DNA of 64,000 bases from Eledone cirrhosa (taxonomy: Eukaryota), in the NCBI GenBank assembly GCA_964016885.1, contig OZ024745.1, positions 102,486,001 through 102,550,000 of the forward strand, in the 5' to 3' direction. A model generated the notes under the pieces. That model searched no databases. It had not been told where the DNA came from and was given only the letters and a program-made list of their open reading frames with translations. Each line of letters opens with the position of its first letter. Positions within the stretch are counted from its first letter, which is position 1. Of the stretch, positions 1 to 11,850 are shown one piece after another. Position numbers and translations under genes: made by a program.

Positions 1-99
1 GGTCAGAGTAAATTAGCAGAGACTTAAGTTTAATAAGTAGGAAAGAAAACAAGACCCAAATACCAGCTAAGAAAGAGTCAAGCTTGATATGTAGATGGG

Positions 100-530
100 C
101 AGATAGGAATTCTGTATTGTGTACTCAATGTAAAATATGGGTACACAAGAGGTGTAGTGGGATCACAGGCAGGTTAATAGAAAAGGTAGACTTTGTATGT
201 AGTAGATGAAAAGGATAGTTGCCAGTACAAACACATGAAAAACTTTTTTCCAATTCTAATAAGATCCATTGAAGTAATTGATAGTTTCTGTTATTTTGGT
301 AATCAAATTAGTAGTATCGGGGGTGGGTTTGCTCTGAAAACAATAGATAGAATAAGAACAGGGAGATGCTACTTCTATTAGCAACAAAAGTAATTTCTCT
401 CCAAGCAAAGAGTAGACTATGATGTTTGTATGAGAAGTCAATGCTGAGGAGATGCAAAAGTTAGAGAGAAATGAAGCCAACATGTTCCATTGAATATTTT
501 ATGTTAGGGAAGTATTCTGTAATAGAAACT
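100..530 (+). mobile_element. Highly decayed RTE LINE fragment (post-RT region)
   Basis: Peptide SIEVIDSFCYFGNQISS resembles [17 protein letters not shown] of the RTE ORF at 29885-32365; ttagagagaaatgaagc (LERNEA) follows near 461. Confidence 0.7.
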
Positions 531-3032
531 AAGAAAATATTTTTTGATAGTTACTATATTGCTCCTTGGCAGTAGTTGGATAAATATGTTTTCTATACCC
601 ATTAACTTATGGATTCTATTTCCAACCTGTCTTTAGCCTGACATTTTATTCCTCTTGTAATATATAGAAAGATTGAACTACTTCAGAGTGTATTTTTCAT
701 TTTTAATCATCTTTCCATATCAAAATAAAGCATAGCGAAAAGCTATGCAAACCAGGATATTTAAACAGATTATTATAGCTATAACGTGTCACTTTTAATT
801 TAGCCAGTCCATTATAATTTGGCGTGTGCTTAGATTTCCTAACCAATTCCAATTTGAAGTATCCAAAACAACAATATTTAAACTCTTTGTTGAACACTAA
901 TGAAGTAGAAATTTCTTTTAAATGAATATATAAATTTCCTTTAGATAATACTGAAACAACATTTTTCAAATTGGGAATATTATGAAATACATCTGTGTGG
1001 TGAATAGAACATTAAAACATGCCATATCTCTTATCTCTTTGTTTATTGATCTCTATAGGACATCATGTTTTGCATTATCTTATTTAAGAGTAGAGAAATC
1101 ATATATCAGGTAGTATCAAAATAGGATCTGTCAAAAATAGCAATGATGACATCCGAATATACTGAATAGGAAGTTTGTATAACCTCAGTGCAGATTTTGC
1201 ATGTAACATCAATCTTTTCAGTAACCATGCTTTCAACAACAATAATTCTTACAAAGTATGTATGAATGATATCAGGAGAGATTTGCCTGAAGTAATAGAT
1301 TATAGCTGTTTAATTTTATATTTCTATACAGATGGAATGAGCATGAACTTGTCTTAGCTTAGATGGATGTCATATCATTCAGTCCATTGTACAACAGCAA
1401 AACAGACTGGATTTCTTTCTTTTAACAAAGCATTCTTTATTGTAAATGTTCAAATGGAATCATCAATAAATATTTTCATTTAAGATATTTGGCTTTATTT
1501 TTGTATCATAATTTCTTGAACATTTGAATGTTGTCCTGTCTTTTGGAATACTTCAATGAAGATTGTATGTTGGATTCTGTTGATTTAGCTACACACTAAT
1601 GCTAGATAGTTTTTAAAGAAAATATTATAGTTAGTTTTGATTAAAGTTTTGCTGAAATAAAAATAAGTCATGCAAAATAGTTACTCTATTTTCAGATGTT
1701 TTAAGCTATCAACAAAAGTATATATCAATGATTCTAAATGGAGTGAAGTTCCAACAGGGAACAATTTGAAAATTTTGAGGGGAAAAACTTTTCAAAATTT
1801 TACATATCTTTTTAACACCAAACAAGATTTTATAAAAAGCATGGATAACATCAAATTTACACACACAAGTATGTGTATAAAAATTCATATAGATAGATAG
1901 ATAGATAGATAAATAGACATATATATATATATAGAGAGAGAGAGTGAAAAAGATGTTGTGCAATGTTGTAGTTTTGACAGTTGAGATTGTTGTGGTAACG
2001 TTTCATTTTATGTAAGGATAAGATCATAACATTTAGTAGCTTGAAAATCTGGTTTATTTTTATGTTAGATGTTTCCTTTTTATTTTTATGTTAGATGTTT
2101 CCTTTTTATTTTTATAAATCTCTTTATTTCCAGTATTCAGTTAAAATATAAAGGCAACCAATGATAGAATATAAATTGATATAACGATTCTGAGGTTCAT
2201 TTACCACAAGGGGAGAGTTTTGCTTTTCATCCACCTAGGTGGGAGGGTAAAAAAATAACTGCCAGTCAAGTAATAGTTTTTATTTAATGAACTGTGCTCT
2301 CCCCTAAAATTTATGGCTTTGGGTCAATGTTACAAATCTATGTTTAATTATCTTAAATCTCAAGATAAAACCTGAATATGTTCCTTAAAACAAAAGTGAT
2401 TATATTTTTTAATTTATGCAGTTAGATATTGAATTCTATAAAATGAATCCCTTCTGGCAAATTTATCTTTACAATCTTAAATATTCACCTTTTTTAAAAA
2501 AAAAAAAAAAAAAAAAAAAGCTCTAGTGGAATATATAGCAGCCAACAAATGTCTAGATGACTAAGAAGCTTCATTTGAAAAGATGTAGATGTAAAGATGT
2601 TTATATATATATACTTTTCCTTTTTCCTGAAACACATTGACTTATGAACTACATTTGACAGATAAAAATCATTGTTCTCTGTAGATAAAAACATTCTGAA
2701 TGTAAAAGCTTTTTTTTAGTAGTAACTAAGTAGCTTTTATAGAGAAGTATACATTCTTCTCTCTTTCATTTTAGCCAGGCAGAGGCCCAATAGGCAACAA
2801 AATAGTTTGGGAGCAAAGGTTCATCTCTTTTATATTGAAATAAATGGAGAGAAATGTTTTGATTTTCATACTACATAAATTATCTTACAAGATAACCACA
2901 GTAGTGTGTGGGAGGGAGTAGAACTCCCTTTCAGTCTTATATAAAATACTTTAAGAATGACGTATAAATTATGTGTTACAAATATGGAGACTAAAATTTA
3001 ACTAATTTGCTAAACACACCCACACATGTATA

Positions 3033-3063
<31 letters not shown>

Positions 3064-3640
3064 CTACGTGTGTGTGTGTGTGTATGCACACACACAAACA
3101 TATGCATGAATATACCTACATACACATACATATCATCATCATTTAACGTTCATTTTCCCTGCTAGCAAGATTTGGATCAGTCATCATAAACCAGTGCAAT
3201 ACTTAATCTGAGCCCCTTGAAATGCACTCACATATTCTTACACTGTACAGAGTGCACCAAGTGCATGTTTCATAGCAGCAGCATAAGAGGGTGTTATATC
3301 TTTGATACAACTGAAGAACCCTCTCAACCTTTTATTTGACAAGTTTACTATTGTTGGATGCCCTTCACGTCACCAGTCACTTTGTGTATTAGATGTGTTT
3401 TATCATGCCACCAACACTAGAAGGGATGTCATGTCTTTGATAGAACTTCAGAGTCTTCTAAGCCCTTTTTGGCATAGGTTTTTCAGCTGGATATCCTTCC
3501 AAACACCAACCCTTCTACAGAGTATATTGTGTGTGCTTTGAACTCAGGACATACAGATAAATCTGTAACAATCAGGGTAACCACAGTAAGTGAAGTATTC
3601 AATATATTAGTAGAGTATATACAAAATTTAATATAGAAAT

Positions 3641-3691
3641 AGCTTCTACAGGACTAGAACTGTTTCATTAGAAAGAAATCATCAGGAAAGC
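3641..3691 (-). ncRNA. Candidate type I hammerhead ribozyme (Penelope-like remnant)
   Basis: Minus strand gctttc-CTGATGA-tttctttctaat-GAAA-cag(ttctagtc)ctg-TA-gaagct: core motifs, stem III and GUA triplet present; stem I imperfect, stem II poor. Confidence 0.5.
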
Positions 3692-3799
3692 CCTTATATA
3701 TATGGAGAGAGAAAATCTATGTATGTATGTATGTATGTATTTATTTGTATAGACATACATGTATCAGCTTTTTTTTTTATACATCACCACCACCACCAC

Positions 3800-5737
3800 C
3801 GGCAGTACAAGTCAGCAGCAGCATAGTAAGTAAGGCAATCAAAGATATGAAGACGGGGAAGGCAACCAGTCCATCGGGTATAGCTGCAGAGATGCTGAAG
3901 GCATCTGGGTCGGTAGGTCACACTATAACCACACGTATTGTTAACCAGGTAATACTAGAAGGTGTTATACCAAAGGATTAGTGCAGTAGCATCATTGTCA
4001 ACTGCTACAAAAATAAAGGTGATGCACTAGATAGAGGAAACTATAGAGGTATAAAGCTGATGGACCAGGTCATGAAAGTAACAGAAAGAGTTATAGCACA
4101 GTTGATTAGGGACCGGGTGAAACTAGATGAGATGCAATTTGGGTTTGTGCCAGGAAGAGGCACCACTGATGCACTCTTCCTTGTGAGATAGTTACAGGAA
4201 AAGTACCTAGCTAAAAGTAAGCCACTCTACCTGGGATTCGTCGATCTTGAGAAAGCCTTTGACAGAGTTCCGTGCTATAATCTGGTGGGCTCTTAGAAAA
4301 CTAGGAGTAGATGAATAGCTTGTGAAAGCTGTACAAGCCATGTATAGGGGAGCAGTCAGCAAAGTTAGGATTAGCAATGAGTAAAGCAAGGAATTTAGCA
4401 TACAGGCCGGTGTCCACCAGGGCTCTGTTCTTAGCTCTCTCCTGTTCATCATAGTCCTGCAGGTAATAATGGAGGAATTTAAGACCGGATACCCATGGCA
4501 ACTCCTGTATGCAGATGACCTTGCACTTATAGCTGAATCTATGGTAGAACTAGAGAAGAAATTCCAAACTTGGAAGCAGAGACTAGAAAGAAAGGGTCTC
4601 AAAGTCAACCTGACAATGACTAAGGTCCTTGTAAGTAGACGAAAAAACAGAACCCAGATCACCCCAGGGAAAAGGCCTTGCTCAGTATGTAGGTAGGAAC
4701 TCCATTCTCTACCCAAGTGCAAACAATGGGTACACAAGAGATGTAGCGGGATCTCAGGAAGCTTAACTAAGAATGTAGGCTTCACATGTAGCAGCTGTGC
4801 TGGGACAGCAAGCAGAAAACAGCCACAGGAAACAAGTACCACCAATCTCTGGGAGGGCTCTGCAGAAACAGTAGATAGCAGTGGAGGTGGGTGTTCAGAA
4901 CGTACAATAACTAGGGTAAGAACGGGATGGAAGAAGTTTAGGGAGCTACTGCCACTGCTAGCTGCAAAAGGCTTTTCCCTCAAAATGAAAGGCAGACTGT
5001 ATGAGGCGTGTATACAAACAGCAATGTTACATGGTAGTGAGACCTGGGCGCTGAAGGTGGAAGACTTAGGTAGATTAGAAAGAAATGAAGCCTGCATTCT
5101 CCGATGTGTAACAGTAATATACGCGAACGACAAAGCATATATGAATTAAGAGATAGACTGAGAATAAGAGGAATCAAATGCTGTGTGCTGGAGAGGCGGT
5201 TGCGTTGGTATGGACATGTGATGCGTATGAAGGATGACACCTGCATAAAAAGGTGCAGAGCACTAGAAGTCAATGGAAACCGCAGAGTGAGGAGACCCAA
5301 GAAGACCTGGGATGAGGTGATAAAAGCCGACCTTACCCAATTACACCTCTCAAAGGCGATGATACACGACCATGACCTCTAGCATCACACAGTAATACAG
5401 AATACCCGACCTCCCATGGGTACAATCCGAAGCTGAAGCATATAGATAATATACCCCCTCCCCTCCCACTGCAAAGTGGACGTGGAGGTGCCACGGAAAA
5501 AAGCACCCAGCACTCACTGTAAAGTGGACGTGGAGGTGCCACGGAAAAAAGCACCCAGCACTCACTGTAAATGAGGTTGGTGTTAGGAAGGGCATCCAGC
5601 TGTAGAAATCAATCCAGAATCAGTTCCCGTATGAGCAAGGCATGGTCAGCCGACCAGACACTGCCCACAACAGGACAACCTGTCTAAACCATGCTAGCGT
5701 GGAAGAACAGACGTAAAACGGTGATGATGATGATGAT
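3800..5737 (+). mobile_element. RTE LINE subfamily A, 5'-truncated, with stops and frameshifts
   Basis: RT motifs ([26 protein letters not shown]), [12 protein letters not shown]-terminus, 3' UTR with internal direct repeat, (GAT)n tail at ~5721-5737; co-linear with 11851-13991. Confidence 0.93.
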
Positions 5738-5927
5738 TGGCTACTTAGTGCACAATGTAATATATATTTTAATTAACTACCAATATGAGTGCTATGGATA
5801 TGCTACCATTTCAGGATACTACTGTAAGCCACTGGGTTACAGATTTCCTTGTGGCTGTTTAGATGATATACATACTGAAATATGTAAAATTATATGCACG
5901 TTTATGCTGTAGTGTTTACCTCTATTT

Positions 5928-5960
<33 letters not shown>

Positions 5961-5963
5961 TTA

Positions 5964-6001
<38 letters not shown>

Positions 6002-6054
6002 CACACACACATACAGATATAACTTTATTATATACTTTGGCTGCTTAGCATATA

Positions 6055-6085
<31 letters not shown>

Positions 6086-6438
6086 CCTATTAGATTACTA
6101 AGAATTACCTGTGAGTATAAATATTCAAGCTCTTGAAATATAATAAACACATAATGTTGAATAGAAGTGACACTACCTTCTGGCTTTCATTGGTTCGTAA
6201 ATGTCAGATGATTTTCAATGACTTCTGTTAGAATCATTCAAACCCAAGGGAAGATGAATGTTTATTGTCTGTCATACAATTTCCAGGTAGTCAAGTGGAG
6301 GTCACAACCATTGGACCCTGATGAAGCCTAGCCTATTTGTATTTGAAATGTTATTAGTGAAACATTTCCCCTGCATTTGTAATGCCTCAAAACTTCATAT
6401 CTTGTTCCTGGATTACAATGTAAATTTATTCTAATAAA

Positions 6439-6620
6439 TGTTTCTACTTTTGGTACAAAGCCAGCAATTACCCCCAGTGCATTACTCGTGCTTTATTTTA
6501 TCGAGCCCGGAAGGATGAAAGACAAAGTTAATTTGCTGGGATTTAAATTCAGACCATAAAGGGCAGTAACTATGTTGTAAAGCATGGCGTCCAAGCCTCT
6601 ACCGATATTGCCAATTACCC
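6439..6620 (-). mobile_element. tRNA-derived SINE
   Basis: Reverse complement of the SINE family typified by 49343-49553. Confidence 0.8.
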
Positions 6621-6635
6621 TATATTCTAATAATG

Positions 6636-6844
6636 GTTTCTTATATAGGCACAAGGCCAGCAATTTGGGAGGAGGGGAAAGTTGATTCAATCGACCCCAG
6701 TGCACGACTGGTACTATATTTTATCGACTCCATAAGGATGGAAGGCAAAGTTAACCTTGGCAGGATTTGAACTCAGATCATAAAGGACCGTAACTATGCT
6801 GTAAAGCATGGTTTCCGACGCTCTACCGATACCACCAATCACCC
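6636..6844 (-). mobile_element. tRNA-derived SINE with 15-bp TSD
   Basis: Same family, with B-box-like gagttcaaatcc on the minus strand; flanked by tatattctaataatg at 6621-6635 and 6845-6859. Confidence 0.85.
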
Positions 6845-7420
6845 TATATTCTAATAATGATATTATAAATGTGGGGACAAAAGCACTTGTCACACAACTA
6901 AAAGCAGAAGACCATATAGAGTGTTATCACCATATATCACTTTTAAAGACAACAAAGGCCACTTCCAATTCCACTCTGAATGTAGACTAATAAACATCCT
7001 CAAAAAGGAATCGAGTACATTTATTGACTTAGTTTCAAAATGAGAAATGCCAACAGATTAATTCGTGGAATTTCAGTGTTGCAGTTACAACCAGCATTAC
7101 CTAGAATAATACTATATCAGTATTTAAAATTCTCATTTTGAAAAGGCTGGGAAATTGGCATATTCATATTAATATAATGATATCAGTACCATATGAATAG
7201 CAGAGAATCACTTCTATATTATGATACTTTTCATTGGCTCAGTAAAGTGATCAACTTATACTTGACATCTCAATGAGGAACTAGGATTCAACACACATCT
7301 GAACTAATCAGCCTCTTAATTTTAGATAATATTAACAAGTGTACAATGACCCACACAACTGGATTAGAGAGGATGGCCTTGCTATCTCATAGAATATAAA
7401 TGACCAAAGTTTAGTTAAGT

Positions 7421-7670
7421 TTAGAAAGGATCTAACAGGCATATTTAAGAAGTATAACTAAAGAAACAATTTAGAAAGGATCTAACAGGTATATTTAAGA
7501 AGTATAACTAAAGAAACAATTTAGAAAGGATCTAACAGGCATATTTAAGAAGTATAACTAAAGAAACAATTTAGAAAGGATCTAACAGGCATATTTAAGA
7601 AGTATAACTAAAGAAACAATTTAGAAAGGATCTAACAGGTATATTTAAGAAGTATAACTAAAGAAACAAT
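7421..7670. repeat. Tandem repeat, 5 x 50 bp
   Basis: Unit ttagaaaggatctaacagg(c/t)atatttaagaagtataactaaagaaacaat; copies differ at one position only. Confidence 0.97.
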
Positions 7671-7764
7671 TTACAAGACCTGACAAGCAAGCAAGCATTG
7701 CCTACAAAGAAATCTAAATGAGGACACACACACACACACACAGTAATCCACCAACCACTACTAT

Positions 7765-8099
7765 CAAAAACAGCATAGTGTTAGATTGGACGAGTTGAAG
7801 GAGAAGCTGGGTTAAAGAGGAATTCGAGGTGATGTGCAGGTGATAAAACTGCATTGGTTTGGACATGTGATGTGCATGGACAATGATCATTTGGGGGGGA
7901 AGAAGTGCTAAGAAATGCCAGTGGAAGGAAGCTGCAGAAGAAGTAGACCAAGAAAGACCTTGGCAGAGGTTGTGAAAGCTGACCTCAAATCACAGACTCG
8001 TAGAGGCGATGACATGTGGAGAGAAGCTGTGGTGAAAAGGACCCATCCAACCCATGCAAGCATGGAAAAGCGGACGTAAAATTGATGATGATGGTGATG
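7765..8099 (+). mobile_element. Old RTE 3' end
   Basis: Degenerate WFGHVM and GRP-KTW-like coding remnants, catgcaagcatggaaaagcggacgtaaa terminus and GAT tail. Confidence 0.75.
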
Positions 8100-8648
8100 T
8101 AAAGTTGGTGGTGGTGACGTTGGGGAATAATTAGATACATGTGTAAATGTTAGGGAAATAATATAAGTAGACAATAACAGTTTCAATATTTCTAAAGCTT
8201 TGATGAAAAAGATATCAATGATTTTATTTCTCAACAATATAACCTTAATGATTTATAACATACACAAGGCCATAAAATAAGTGGCAGTGGGCAGACAATT
8301 ATATTGATCCTAATACTTGATTTATCACATCCAGATAGATGACCGATAAAATTGACATTGGTGTTGTAATTAGATACTGTAAGGTGTTTTATCTATCACT
8401 AACAATTCTAACAACATTCACAGAATGTTCTCCCAGCTTATGTTTCATTCAATAAAAATCTGTGTTCTTTGCTTACCTTGATTTTAGATGCAAAGCAGAG
8501 CTGAGTTTATTGATGCAATAGTGTAGTGTTTATCGTCATATTTATCAGCAACAGGACATCTGAATACAAACTAAAAAGGGTGATGTTTAATTTTTGGTAA
8601 ACCCTAACAGTGCAGAACTATTATAAAAGGCTTTCTAATCAGAGATAA

Positions 8649-8690
8649 CCAGTATTGGCCCAGGCCATGTCTAACTTAATAGCACCACCT
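8649..8690 (-). mobile_element. ~42-bp fragment of the CR1 3' UTR
   Basis: ccagtattggcccaggccatgtctaacttaatagcaccacct matches 33437-33478. Confidence 0.75.
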
Positions 8691-9107
8691 ACCATTTTTT
8701 TCAGACTAAATTATCCCATATATCCTTCCATTTTTTAAGGCTGTAGGATGAGATTTGAGAGTGATTTGATGCTATTTCTAGCTGGTAAATCAACCATGTT
8801 TACTCATCATTATGGAGGTCTTATCTATATATCTAAAACAGAGAATGTCTGTCTGTGTCTCCCTAAACTCGAGAACCACGCAACCGATTGTTTTCAAACT
8901 TTACACATGTAATACTTATGGCCGTGTGAGTGTTTTGAGCAAAGAAAATTTCAAATTTTCAATCCCCTAGGGACCGCATTAGGCGCCGAACGTTGCGCCC
9001 TTATAATATCTGTCTATGTCTAGCTGTCTGCATTACGACATTATGACGCTATGTGTGTGTGTGTGATTATATGTATATATAATGCGTGTATGTATATATA
9101 TATATAT

Positions 9108-9737
9108 AGCATAAACGAACTAAGGAAAAAATTAGAGATAAGAGGGATCAGATGTTGTTTACTCGAGAGAAGGCTGCGTTGGTATGGACACGTGATGCGC
9201 ATGAAAGTCGATAGCTGTATTACAAAGTGCAGGGCAATAAAGATAGACGGTAGCCACGGAATAGGCAGACCTAGAAAAACATGGGATGAGCTGATAAACT
9301 CCGACCTCACACACTTACACCTCTCCAAGACAATGTCACTGGACCGTGACCTTTGGCGGTACTCAGTAACAGAGAAGACCCGCCTTGCCAGTAGGCATCT
9401 CTAACAAAATACACCCCTCCCGCCGCCACCCCCACCCCATCCACACCACCCCGTTCTATGTAAAGTTATGTTGGTGCCGCGCCATCCAGGCCGAAACAAA
9501 TGAGATCGTGTAGGTGTCACGACAAAAAAACACACAGTCCACGCTGTAATGTGGCCGTGTAGGCAACACGGTAAAAACCTCCCAGACCCACACTGTAAAT
9601 GTGGTTGGTGTTAGGAAGGGCATCCAACTGTAGAAAACCTGCCAGACAGTCCTATGCGAGCAAGACAATCACTCTTGCCTCAAGTGGGACTACCCCCGTC
9701 CAAACCCATGCAAGCGTGGAACACGGACGTTAAACGT

Positions 9738-9768
<31 letters not shown>
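9108..9768 (+). mobile_element. RTE subfamily B 3' end nested in a (TA)n tract of Helitron copy 1
   Basis: Near-identical to 32069-32728 (same C-terminal peptide ending [10 protein letters not shown]), (GAT)n tail, TA on both sides; absent from Helitron copy 2. Confidence 0.95.
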
Positions 9769-9919
9769 ATATATATATATATAGTGTGTAACGTTTTTCG
9801 AAATATTTACTTCTGCGTTCGCAGATTGATTTTTTTTTAGTTTCAGAAGATCCCGTTAAGAGTGAAAGCAGTGATTCTTTGCTTAAACTTTAATCTGTTA
9901 TTTTAATAAATATATATAT

Positions 9920-10114
9920 ATAGGAACGAGTAGGACCCCGACGGCTGAGCTCAAGCCGCTTCGACGGCTAATTCGAGTCCAGAATTAGCCGTCGAAACGG
10001 CTTGAGCTCAGCCGTCGGGGTCCTACTCGTTCCTATTACCCACTCTACTACCGTAAGTATTGAGTACTTTGGTACGTTATGGTCCACCTGGTTCCTTACC
10101 ACATTTCCTTCGTT
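9920..10114 (+). mobile_element. Hairpin element in (TA)n, probable Penelope-like terminal remnant
   Basis: 55-bp inverted arms (9920-9974 / 9982-10036, one mismatch), 7-nt loop, ~80-bp unique tail, TA-flanked, absent from Helitron copy 2. Confidence 0.6.
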
Positions 10115-10650
10115 ATATATATATATAATTATATATTCGTGTACAGATATTTTTGCATACACAAAAACAAAATATAAACAGCAGCAAAAACAACAACAAA
10201 AAAGAGAAGGAACGCAATTACATGCTTTTGAAAAATCGTAATGGAAAATTATTTGCCTATTCACCGAAGGCGACTTCACTTTTTATTAGGACTTCTGCAT
10301 CAATTGGTGAACATACGACGAAACATTGAAAAGAGTAAGACAACACCACTCTCCACCACTGCAGTCACACATGCTTATTGCTCTGTAACTATTGCTTTCA
10401 CTGTACCATAGCACAACAAATACATGTTCGGTTTGTCGAACGCTTTTTTACTTAACCCCATCGTCTTGGCTTTTGTTGGTTGAATATTTTACTCTCAGGC
10501 ACCCAATTAAGTTAAACCCCTGGTAATCTATGACCAATTTTTTTTATAAGCATAAAAGTATTCCATACTTCTCTGTGCTGTTTCAGAAAGGAAGGATAAA
10601 CATGTCAATCTACGTTTAGAATCCCGAGCAACGCCGGGCCATTCTGCTAG

Positions 10651-11464
10651 TCTATATATCTAAAACAGAGAATGTCTGTCTGTCTATCTGTCTGTCTCCC
10701 TAAAACTCGAGAACCACCAAACCGATTGTTTTCAAACTTTACACATGTAATACTTATGGTTGTGTGAGTTTTGAGCAAAAAATATTTCGAATTTTCAATG
10801 CTCTAGGGACCGCATTAGATAGCTATAACGTTGCGCCCTTATAATATCTGTGTGTGTGCGTGCGTGCGTGCGTGCGTGCGTGCGTATATTATATATATAG
10901 TGTGTAACGTTTTACGAAATATTTACTTCTGCGTTCACAGATTGATTTTTTTTTTTAGTTTCAGAAGATCCCGTTAAGGGCGATAGCAGCGATTTTTCCG
11001 CTTAAACTTTAATCTGTTATTTTAATATTTAATTATATATTCATGTTCAGATAGTTTTGCATACACAATAACAAAATATAAACAAATGTATTTATTTCAT
11101 GAGGCTCGATACGGATAAATATATATCAAATATATGAGAACCCTAGAGCAAATATTGTTCTCATTGCTGACAAGGAAGAAGGGGATATCGGTTGGCTGAA
11201 GAAGGACAAGACTTAGTAGTACGACCAACAGCCGCTATCACACCAACAGCATCTAAAACAACAACAAAAAAGAGAGGGAATGCAATGACATGCTTTTGAA
11301 AAATCTTAATAGAAAATTATTTGCCTATTCACCCAAGGTGACTTCACTTTTTATTAGGACTTCTGCATTAATTGGTGAACATTCGATGAAACTGTTTCAG
11401 AAAGGAGGGATAAACAGGCCAATCTATGTTTAGAATCCCGAGCAACGCCGGGCCATTCTGCTAG
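10651..11464 (+). mobile_element. Non-autonomous Helitron, copy 2 (head-to-tail with copy 1)
   Basis: Begins TC immediately after the CTAG of copy 1; same hairpin and CTAG (11461-11464), followed by T. Confidence 0.85.
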
Positions 11465-11544
11465 TAAATACTAAAACCAAATGAAACGTTTCCATACATT
11501 CTTTTCTTTTAATCTTTAGTAACTCTAACTATATAAGCAGAAAA

Positions 11545-11692
11545 TTGGCAAAGTCATTAGAATGTGGAATAGAATACTTTTTGATATTCGTTCTGGCTCT
11601 CTGAGTTCAATTCCTGCCAAGGTCAACTTTGCCTTTCATCCTTTCAAGGTCGATAAAAAAAGTTCCAATCTAGTACTGGGGGTCGATTCACT
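11545..11692 (+). mobile_element. Decayed tRNA-derived SINE
   Basis: ctgagttcaattcctgccaaggtcaactttgcctttcatcct core shared with the other copies. Confidence 0.75.
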
Positions 11693-11850
11693 CTCTGGAA
11701 GAAATCTGCTGTACTCAGGCCTGGAGAGGTATGGGATTTGCCAGGTTTAAAATGCCCAAGAAATGCTGTAAGTCAATACGGTGCTCCTCTGATTCTATCA
11801 GGAGTTACAGAACCCCAAAAAAAGAAAGAAAGAAAAAAAAAGCATTAACT

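Larger units (their letters stand above)
8824..10650 (+). mobile_element. Non-autonomous Helitron, copy 1 (carries nested insertions)
   Basis: 5' TC start (tctatatatctaaaacagag), subterminal hairpin cccgagcaacgccggg, 3' CTAG; preceded by A at 8823. Confidence 0.85.

Noticed and set aside
1696-1868. Possible host exon (ttttcag| ... |gtatgt, one open frame)
   Set aside because: Peptide not recognisable and no consistent partner exons; such signals are common by chance in AT-rich DNA
4207-5133. 308-aa antisense ORF and similar ORFs opposite the RTE copies
   Set aside because: Antisense shadows of RTE coding sequence, not maintained at full length among copies
6318-6370. CTGATGA...GAAA motif
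   Set aside because: Could not form stems I and II
7421-7670. CRISPR-like regular array
   Set aside because: No unique spacers, no cas genes, eukaryotic context
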